Below are positions 26,017-32,384 of a stretch of DNA of 39,318 bases, piece by piece. Numbering within the stretch: position 1 is the first letter of the stretch; each line of letters begins with the position of its first letter. The stretch is taken from IMG/VR virus record IMGVR_UViG_3300017700_000487, positions 1-39,318 of that record, one strand, 5' to 3'. A program made the translations under genes and the position numbers. The notes under the pieces are model-generated. The model saw nothing but the letters and a program-made list of their open reading frames with translations. It was not told the origin of the DNA and made no database searches. This stretch comes from a virus (Duplodnaviria; Caudoviricetes).

Positions 26017-26053
26017 CGGTGGGTATGGAGCCGCAAAGCGGCGGAATGAACAA
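26017..26053 (+). repeat. Cassette motif copy 2
   Basis: CGGTGGGTAT-GGA-GCCGC AAA GCGGC-GGA-ATGAACAA. Confidence 0.85.
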
Positions 26054-26071
26054 TCAAAATGGACCCGACCA

Positions 26072-26506
26072 ATGACTGACAGCCTGATAGCCCGTCTTGA
26101 AGCTGCGGAGGTGGGGAGCCGGGAGTTGGATGCGCTGATCACCGCCCATTTCGTCGGCGCTGAACTTCGGCCTTATCCGCCAGCAACCGACTTTGGACCG
26201 TCCGCCAAGTGGCAGTTCTGGTCCGCTGACGGAAAGCACTTCCTCGGCAACGAGTCCAAGTTCCCGGTCCCGCCCGTCACCACCTCCCTAGACGCTGCTC
26301 TTGCTCTGGCGGAGCGGGTGCTGCCGGGGTGGTACGTCGGCGTTCAGGCCAATCGGTACGAACTGCTCATCGCGCCGGAAGACTGGTCCGCCTACCTCTC
26401 TGCGCCAAAGGGCCACCAGTTCACGGACGAGGTCGAGGCGTCCGCCCCAACCCCCGCGCTCGCTCTCTGCATCGCCATCTTGAAAGCCAAGGAAGCATCT
26501 CAATGA
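26072..26506 (+). CDS. Phage accessory protein
   Basis: LIARLEAAEVGSRELDALI...TTSLDAALALAERVLPGW...APTPALALCIAILKA. Confidence 0.7.
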   Translation: MTDSLIARLEAAEVGSRELDALITAHFVGAELRPYPPATDFGPSAKWQFWSADGKHFLGNESKFPVPPVTTSLDAALALAERVLPGWYVGVQANRYELLIAPEDWSAYLSAPKGHQFTDEVEASAPTPALALCIAILKAKEASQ

Positions 26507-26952
26507 CTGCATTAACGGAAGACTTGGGTGCATCGCTTCGCGATACCCAGCCAGTAGCGGAAACGCCGGTTGTGTCAGGTCATACGCCGGGGCCGTGGGT
26601 GGCGTGTGGATCTAAGAGGGGCGGATGCTCCTGCGGTCAAGTTTGGAGCACGGCGGTCGATATGCCCGTCGCCACGGCCAACGGGATTTGGGGCGACGAC
26701 CTTGCCCATCCCTACGGAGAAATCCCGGCTGCGCACAAACTCGCCAACTCCCGCTTGATCGCCGCCGCTCCTGACCTTCTCGCCGCCCTAAAGCCGTTCG
26801 CCGAAGCAGCAGCCGCCCGTGACGGGATGGGCGAGTGGGAAATAACAACGACTGTCGTCGGCTACCTCCGCGCCGCCGCCGCTGCCTACGCCAAGGCTAC
26901 CACAGTCGCCGAAGCGGTCTCGGTGGGTATGAGCGAAGGGGCTGACCAATGA
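26503..26952 (+). CDS. Phage accessory protein (HTPGPW...NSRLIAAAPDLLAAL type)
   Basis: Recognisable motifs; both termini are encoded by motif copies. Confidence 0.7.
   Translation: MTALTEDLGASLRDTQPVAETPVVSGHTPGPWVACGSKRGGCSCGQVWSTAVDMPVATANGIWGDDLAHPYGEIPAAHKLANSRLIAAAPDLLAALKPFAEAAAARDGMGEWEITTTVVGYLRAAAAAYAKATTVAEAVSVGMSEGADQ
26527..26552 (-). repeat. Cassette motif copy 3
   Basis: Minus strand GGCTGGGTAT-CGC GAA GCG-ATGCACC. Confidence 0.85.
26921..26948 (+). repeat. Cassette motif copy 4 (3' half diverged)
   Basis: CGGTGGGTAT-GA-GCGAAG, then GGGCTGACC. Confidence 0.75.
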
Positions 26953-27224
26953 CTGTCGAAATCACCGTGGATCGGGACGGCTTGACCAACGGCCTACAAC
27001 TCAGCATCGGCGACAGCAGCGGCGGCTTCCGACTTTCTGGCCCGAAGTTCAACGGTAGCAGCAAGACGCTCCTGCGCTTCCCACTCACCAACGCCCGCGA
27101 TCTGGACGAGATCGAGGCCTACTGTCGAAAAGCGAGAACAGCCCTGAAAGCATCCGCGGTGGGTACGGACGGGCGCGAAGCGTCCGGTAGTGAAACCAAA
27201 TCCCTTCCTACAGGTGACGCATGA
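26949..27224 (+). CDS. Hypothetical protein
   Basis: GLQLSIGDSSGGFRLSGPKFNGSS; coupled overlaps. Confidence 0.65.
   Translation: MTVEITVDRDGLTNGLQLSIGDSSGGFRLSGPKFNGSSKTLLRFPLTNARDLDEIEAYCRKARTALKASAVGTDGREASGSETKSLPTGDA
27157..27197 (+). repeat. Cassette motif copy 5
   Basis: CGGTGGGTAC-GGA-CGGGCGC GAA GCGTCCG-GTA-GTGAAACC. Confidence 0.85.
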
Positions 27225-28111
27225 GCGGGGTAGAGGGGTGGATTGAATGGCATGGGGGAGAGAACCCGGTGCCGTGCCCGATTGTGGAGACGCGCCGTCG
27301 CGATGGCCTGTTTAGCGAAAGCTGCGCCAGCGATCTGATCTTCTGGGACCATCAAGGGCGGGGCTCCGACATCATCGCCTACCGCGTCGTCACGCCTGCC
27401 CCATCCGCACTACAGCCTTCGGCTTCCGTCCCTGCCGAGCAAGCGGATGGGGGTGGGCCTGCGGATGTCAGCGCGACCCCGCTAGGGTGGGTCAAGCGAA
27501 TAAATGAAGATCATCCCATCGGCCTCATGCAGCCCTCGGATTGGCGGTTTTCCCCGCACAAGCCAACGCTGGAAGAAGGCTTGAAGGCGGAATGGTTCGA
27601 CGTTCTTCCGGTGTACGCCACCCCTCCCGCCACCCCCATAGCCGAGGGTTTTGGTTCATCTTCGCCCAAGAGCGAAGATACCCACCGTGCAGCTGAGACG
27701 GCTGTTCCGTTCGACTGGACAGATCAGGAGCTGATCGACCTGATCGGCGACGCCATCAGCGACAGTATGGATATGGATTGGACCTCCACGGACGGAGCGA
27801 AAGCCGCGTTGGCGGCGCTCCAGAAAGAAGGCCTGCTCCGCACCGACGTTCCGCCGCTGCCGGTCACCTCTGACAGATGGGCTGACCTTGAGCGGCTGGC
27901 GAAGACCGCGATTCAGGCTCGAACGGCGCTCGACAGCCAAGACGCCAAGGATGACCTTCACGACGCCATTGGCCCACACAAGGTTCTGGAACTGATCACC
28001 GCTGCCAGACGTGCTGGGGAGCCGGGAGCCATCTCTTCCGCCGAACTGATCGCCCGGACTGACTACGCCAAGGACGCGATTGATGATCGTGGCGGAGGTC
28101 GGGGCGCATGA
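27221..28111 (+). CDS. Mosaic accessory protein
   Basis: N-terminal WIEWHGGENPV...DIIAYRVV module followed by other modules separated by hairpin-encoded linkers. Confidence 0.65.
   Translation: MSGVEGWIEWHGGENPVPCPIVETRRRDGLFSESCASDLIFWDHQGRGSDIIAYRVVTPAPSALQPSASVPAEQADGGGPADVSATPLGWVKRINEDHPIGLMQPSDWRFSPHKPTLEEGLKAEWFDVLPVYATPPATPIAEGFGSSSPKSEDTHRAAETAVPFDWTDQELIDLIGDAISDSMDMDWTSTDGAKAALAALQKEGLLRTDVPPLPVTSDRWADLERLAKTAIQARTALDSQDAKDDLHDAIGPHKVLELITAARRAGEPGAISSAELIARTDYAKDAIDDRGGGRGA
27653..27687 (-). repeat. Cassette motif copy 6
   Basis: Minus strand CGGTGGGTAT-CTTCGC TCTTGG GCGAAG-ATGAACC(AAAA). Confidence 0.85.
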
Positions 28112-28350
28112 GCAAGCGCATGGACTACGGTAAGCCGGGCGATCCCTCGGGCTGCTACTTCCCGAGAGAGTGGCGGTCACCGTGCCGCTCCTGTCGGGGG
28201 CTTGGCTACTTGCCCGCGACTTACTCTCGCGGGGCCATCCCGTGCGGCTGTGATGAGCCGTCCGAGGATGACGACAAACAGCCGGGTACGCCGGAAGGCG
28301 TGACCCCTAAAAACCCCGTACCGCAACCCAATAGGGAGCCGAACCCATGA
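28108..28350 (+). CDS. Small Cys-rich protein
   Basis: CRSCRGLG...CGC; C-terminus encoded by motif copy 7. Confidence 0.6.
   Translation: MSKRMDYGKPGDPSGCYFPREWRSPCRSCRGLGYLPATYSRGAIPCGCDEPSEDDDKQPGTPEGVTPKNPVPQPNREPNP
28281..28306 (+). repeat. Cassette motif copy 7
   Basis: GCCGGGTAC-GCC GGAA GGC-GTGACCC(CTAAAAA). Confidence 0.75.
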
Positions 28351-28592
28351 CCCGTTGTTCTTGGCTGGGCCTCGCCGCCCTTCTGCTCACGTCCGCTTGC
28401 GCTGATCCGTCGCCACCCTCGCCCGAGCGAGAGACGATGCTGAAAAGCCTCGATCCCGTCCGCGTCTGCCCGAACGGCGTCCAGCTATTTGTGGTGGACG
28501 GGCGTGTCGCCACCCTCACGGAGGACCACCTGAGTCAACGGCGCGTCAGCCTTTATTTCGCTGAAGGCGTAACGCCACAGGAGGCGTGCTGA
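28347..28592 (+). CDS. Putative lipoprotein
   Basis: Signal peptide with lipobox-like LTSAC. Confidence 0.65.
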   Translation: MTRCSWLGLAALLLTSACADPSPPSPERETMLKSLDPVRVCPNGVQLFVVDGRVATLTEDHLSQRRVSLYFAEGVTPQEAC

Positions 28593-29197
28593 TGACCGAA
28601 CAACAAACACCGGCAAGCGTTGTGGAGAGGCTGTCCCTGATCGTGAGCGAGCTTCGGGGCTTGCCTCATGTGGTCGAGACGTGCCGCGAAGCCGCCGCCC
28701 TGATCGAACGCCTCTCAGCGGAACGGGAGGGGCTGCGGGAGGCGTTGGAGAAGGTCCGCAATACCACGCACCAATCGACAGGCTATTCGGACCTGTCCGC
28801 CAGGCGCGCGGCGTTCGGTGTTTCCGAAGCCGCCCTCACTCAGGGAGAGAGCCGACAGTCGGGGTGGCAGGACATTGCGACGGCCCCGAAGGATGGGACG
28901 GTCATCGACTTGTGGATGACGGACGAAACGGGGGCGGAGTGGCGTGAATCAGACGCCTACTACGTCACCGATTGTACTGACGACACCATAGTCTACCAGC
29001 CAGACGGCTCTTGGACGACGCCGTGTAGAAAGCGCGACGGATGGTTTGCGCCCGGCCATGACTACGATGGTCACGGCTTTTGCGATGTGCCCAAGCATTT
29101 CAACCCGCATCCGCGCCAGCAAAAGGTGTTTTTCACGCTGCCGACCCACTGGATGCCCCTCCCTGCCGCCCCTACTCCTGCTGGTGGAGGGGAGTGA
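28592..29197 (+). CDS. DUF551-like accessory protein
   Basis: WQDIATAPKDGTVIDLW...PTHWMPLPAAP. Confidence 0.75.
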   Translation: MTEQQTPASVVERLSLIVSELRGLPHVVETCREAAALIERLSAEREGLREALEKVRNTTHQSTGYSDLSARRAAFGVSEAALTQGESRQSGWQDIATAPKDGTVIDLWMTDETGAEWRESDAYYVTDCTDDTIVYQPDGSWTTPCRKRDGWFAPGHDYDGHGFCDVPKHFNPHPRQQKVFFTLPTHWMPLPAAPTPAGGGE

Positions 29198-29766
29198 TGG
29201 CGCATTCCGCTTCGCTCCATACCCAGCCGGGCACCGCAAAGACCGTCGCTGACCTTCAGCCTTGGGCGCTAAAGGGCGACCGATACAGCCCCAACCTCGC
29301 GCGTTGGACAAAAAAGAACTGCCAACACTGGAAGCCCGAGGTGTTTCATAGCGCGGACGGAACTCTGTGGGTCGGCTACATTGACGAAGGTCGGTTCTTC
29401 ATCGGTTCCAGAATGGCGCGAGTCCTGACCTTTGGCGGGCGGGCAGAGATGGGGTGCTGGACGTTCCCCGTCAGCGACCTGACGCTGCTCACGTCGTTTT
29501 GGAGCGACTACGCCAGCCGGGGCCGCTGCGCCATCGACACAGACCATTCGCGCGGCTTCATCGGGGGCGAAACCCGATGGACGGAAAACGGCGACGCGCG
29601 CTCCTGCAACTGGTGCGGCTCTCACACGCAGACGCGCCGTCGCTGGACAGAGCGTGTGAAGCGCGAGCGATGGGAAGCTACCACCCCTGCCGAAACTGTC
29701 GCGGTGGGTACGGAGACGCAAAGCGTCGGAGTGCACCAAAACTCCAGCGAAGGAGTGAAACAATGA
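29197..29766 (+). CDS. Hypothetical protein; both termini encoded by motif copies
   Basis: ATG 29197 with GGAG RBS; FWSDYASRGRCAIDTDH...CNWCG. Confidence 0.7.
   Translation: MAHSASLHTQPGTAKTVADLQPWALKGDRYSPNLARWTKKNCQHWKPEVFHSADGTLWVGYIDEGRFFIGSRMARVLTFGGRAEMGCWTFPVSDLTLLTSFWSDYASRGRCAIDTDHSRGFIGGETRWTENGDARSCNWCGSHTQTRRRWTERVKRERWEATTPAETVAVGTETQSVGVHQNSSEGVKQ
29199..29228 (-). repeat. Cassette motif copy 8
   Basis: Minus strand GGCTGGGTAT-GGA-GC GAA GC-GGA-ATGCGCC. Confidence 0.85.
29702..29737 (+). repeat. Cassette motif copy 9
   Basis: CGGTGGGTAC-GGA-GACGC AAA GCGTC-GGA-GTGCACC(AAAA). Confidence 0.85.
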
Positions 29767-29975
29767 CCCGCGATGAACTGTCTGAACGTGGCCCGTCCCC
29801 GAAAAGCGCTCCCGCCCCTGACGGGATGCTCCGGGAGGCGATTGCGTACGTTATTCGGACGCGCACTCAGGTCGGCGGGACCGATTGGAACCGGCTCACT
29901 CTGGCAGGCGACCTAAACGACGAAGAACTAGCCGACGCCATTCTCGCCCTCATAGGGAAGGAACAAGGCCGGTGA
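29763..29975 (+). CDS. Hypothetical protein
   Basis: AGGAG RBS; LREAIA...LADAILAL. Confidence 0.6.
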   Translation: MTRDELSERGPSPKSAPAPDGMLREAIAYVIRTRTQVGGTDWNRLTLAGDLNDEELADAILALIGKEQGR

Positions 29976-30055
29976 CCGAACTTTACCTATTCCTGTTCTT
30001 CATTGCCGTGGCCGTCGCGTGTCAGGTTTGGCTGGCTACACACCGGAAACACTAA
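29972..30055 (+). CDS. 27-aa membrane peptide ending the rightward operon
   Basis: Read by hand: (M)TELYLFLFFIAVAVACQVWLATHRKH; GTGA overlap. Confidence 0.45.
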   Translation: MTELYLFLFFIAVAVACQVWLATHRKH

Positions 30056-30357
30056 AACAGTCCGAGGAAGCGTCTCCGCGTGAGTCGTTGGTTCTCAACC
30101 CCTACCGCATCGCAAATCTCAATCACGGTGTTAGCGCGGTTGTTGGCCTTGTCCGTGTCCGCATGGCGAGCGTCGGCAACCGTCACCCACCCGCCAATAA
30201 GGTTCTCTTCGGGAGGAGGCGTTACCGGAACGTCAGCGCGGAGGGACGGGCCGATCAGCTTGGAGCAATCCAGCGCACTTTGGATGGTCGTTCCGCACCC
30301 GGCGACAGTAAGCAACCCAACCCCTACGGCCAGCTTCGCCAGCATCTTGATCCGCAT
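30052..30357 (-). CDS. Putative o-spanin lipoprotein (Rz1-like)
   Basis: MRIKMLAKLAVGVGLLTVAG-C lipobox; Pro-rich; overlaps the Rz-like gene. Confidence 0.7.
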   Translation of the reverse strand: MRIKMLAKLAVGVGLLTVAGCGTTIQSALDCSKLIGPSLRADVPVTPPPEENLIGGWVTVADARHADTDKANNRANTVIEICDAVGVENQRLTRRRFLGLF

Positions 30358-30619
30358 TGTCCGCTCCGTCGATGAAATCCGCGTTAGCCTTGGTTTGCGC
30401 ATCCGTAGCCGCATCCCGCTCGTAACGCCCCTCAGTGGCCCGTACAGCGGCAGAACCGGCGCTCGCTTGCCCTGTAGCCTCCCGAGCCTTTGCATTGGCT
30501 GTAGCAGCGTCTTTTCGGGCTTGGCACATGGTCAGTACAGCCAACACGAAGCATAGAATGACAACGATAGCGCCGATCTGGACGATGCGGGTAGCGGTCT
30601 TATCGAGGCCGAACATCAT
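30233..30619 (-). CDS. Putative i-spanin (Rz-like)
   Basis: N-terminal TM plus Ala-rich helix; follows the endolysin. Confidence 0.7.
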   Translation of the reverse strand: MMFGLDKTATRIVQIGAIVVILCFVLAVLTMCQARKDAATANAKAREATGQASAGSAAVRATEGRYERDAATDAQTKANADFIDGADNADQDAGEAGRRGWVAYCRRVRNDHPKCAGLLQADRPVPPR

Positions 30620-31167
30620 GCGCTCCCATACATAGCCGCTTCCGCAGCCCTACGCCGCGTCAGGCCGTTCATCACCTTGCCGTCGTTCTTATTCCAGCGT
30701 GAAAACTGGTCTTTAGCGCCGACGTAGTTTCCCGCCTTGTGCAGCCGGAGAAGTGTGCTGTCATTCAACGCCGCCAGACCCACATTGTAGGCAAACGACA
30801 CAAGCGCATCGAACTGACTTTGCGTGGTTACCGGGGCCATCAAGGCTACAGCCTTTTCAAACCGAGCAAGGTCCGCAGCGAACCGTTCATCTGCCTGTGA
30901 TTGCGTCCAGACAACCCCCTTAGCGATACCGGGGCCGGTCGAACCCCAACCGATAGTCCACGGCTTGCCGTCAACCGATCCGGGGTCTGGATAGGCGGTC
31001 AGCTTACAGGACTCAAACGAGTGAATCAGCGCAATGCCCGCAGCACTAACGCGCTTGCCCGTAGGAGCCGCTACGGGGGCTATTGCAGCGTTTATGGCGT
31101 CAACGTCCGCTTGCGTCAGCGGAGCGCCCTTAATGGCCCTTACAGCGTCAAACAGAGCCTTGCTCAT
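30616..31167 (-). CDS. Endolysin, GH24 phage lysozyme
   Basis: IHSFESCKLTAYPDPGS..KPWTIGWGST...QFDALVSFAYNVG...GLTRRRAAEA. Confidence 0.95.
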   Translation of the reverse strand: MSKALFDAVRAIKGAPLTQADVDAINAAIAPVAAPTGKRVSAAGIALIHSFESCKLTAYPDPGSVDGKPWTIGWGSTGPGIAKGVVWTQSQADERFAADLARFEKAVALMAPVTTQSQFDALVSFAYNVGLAALNDSTLLRLHKAGNYVGAKDQFSRWNKNDGKVMNGLTRRRAAEAAMYGSA

Positions 31168-31469
31168 GGCGTTGTGGTTCCTGCGGTTACAGCGGCCACG
31201 TCAACGTCACGACGGGCGCGGGTCTGGTTGATAGCCTCGATAGCCTTGGCTCCGTACAAGGTCGCTACGCCAAGGAAATAAGCCCCCGCAAAGATAGCGC
31301 CGTCATTTCCGTTCTCAACCTTGCTGGCAATGACAACAGTGGCATGAGCAGCGGCGTAGGACGTAGCGATAATGGCAAAAGGTCGGGCCAAATCGCCAAT
31401 AAACGCCTTGACCATTTCCGACGTTGGAATGGGCGGAACCTCGCGCGGGACGACTGGCGTGTCTGTCAT
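31164..31469 (-). CDS. Putative holin
   Basis: Two hydrophobic segments; directly upstream of the endolysin. Confidence 0.55.
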   Translation of the reverse strand: MTDTPVVPREVPPIPTSEMVKAFIGDLARPFAIIATSYAAAHATVVIASKVENGNDGAIFAGAYFLGVATLYGAKAIEAINQTRARRDVDVAAVTAGTTTP

Positions 31470-31657
31470 TACGTCAGCCCAAGGACGTTAGAGATTTTTG
31501 GAAGCAATAGCGTCAGCACCACGCCAAACCCGACCGCCGCGCCCATCTGCCAACGCTGCAAGGCCATCACTGCATCCATTTGCTTTTCTAGGTCGTCAAT
31601 CCGCCTTGTCAGCCGGTCTACGCGGTCCGCTACTACCCCGAGGCTTGGGACGCTCAT
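31469..31657 (-). CDS. Coiled-coil plus C-terminal TM protein (XhlA/holin-like)
   Basis: VDRLTRRIDDLEKQM...GAAVGFGVVLTLLL. Confidence 0.6.
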   Translation of the reverse strand: MSVPSLGVVADRVDRLTRRIDDLEKQMDAVMALQRWQMGAAVGFGVVLTLLLPKISNVLGLT

Positions 31658-32148
31658 TTGCGAGCATCCGCGACAAGACCCGAACCCCGGCGATTAGACA
31701 GATGAGCGCGAAGCCGATCCAGACCATGACCCACTCCGACACACCCAAGGGCCAGAAGCTGAACGATGAAAAACGCATTTACCGCCACGACGTACAGATA
31801 AAGACCCTGCTGCGTGAGGCCCCCAAGCTTCCACATAGAAATAGCCACTACGTGTAGCATAAGCTGCGCGACAAGGCTTGCCACCATGACGACTTTCCAG
31901 CCCTCACGGCTTTTCTGCCACGCCCTGTAAATCATCCCGGCAAGGAAGAAGTCGAGAACCGGGGCGGCTAGAATGACCTCTGGAAACCCGTACAGCGTCA
32001 CCAGCAGATTATTGATGACGAACACGACGGCCAACAGAGCGCTAACGCCCATCAGGTCCGCGTACTTCTCAGGCTTGGACCGATAGGCCAGAAAGCAAGC
32101 AAGGAAGACGGCGGCTGTGGCGACTGTGTACGCTATCATGAGGCTCAC
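31654..32148 (-). CDS. Multi-pass membrane protein
   Basis: About five hydrophobic segments. Confidence 0.7.
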   Translation of the reverse strand: MSLMIAYTVATAAVFLACFLAYRSKPEKYADLMGVSALLAVVFVINNLLVTLYGFPEVILAAPVLDFFLAGMIYRAWQKSREGWKVVMVASLVAQLMLHVVAISMWKLGGLTQQGLYLYVVAVNAFFIVQLLALGCVGVGHGLDRLRAHLSNRRGSGLVADARK

Positions 32149-32384
32149 GGCTTGATCGGCTCGTCAGGATCGTCAACCGGAGGCTTATCATTCCCTCCAC
32201 TAAACGGGACGATGTTGTCTCCATCCCGCGATGCGGCATAGGCTTTCTGAGCCTTATCTAACCGAGCGTGCAGGATGGCGTGATGTTCCTCAACCAGCTT
32301 GAGAGCTTTTCGGGTAGCCTTCACGGCTTCCTCCGACTTCATCAAGGCACGGCCAATAGCGTCGATATGGTCTTGCGGCGTCAC
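32145..32384 (-). CDS. Hypothetical coiled-coil protein
   Basis: 79 aa; coupled overlaps. Confidence 0.65.
   Translation of the reverse strand: MTPQDHIDAIGRALMKSEEAVKATRKALKLVEEHHAILHARLDKAQKAYAASRDGDNIVPFSGGNDKPPVDDPDEPIKP

Noticed and set aside
25609-29745. Interpreting the repeats as a CRISPR array, classical attC sites or terminators
   Set aside because: Spacing is hundreds of bp and irregular, both orientations occur, there are no RYYYAAC/GTTRRRY boxes or integron integrase, and plus-strand copies lack U-tracts.
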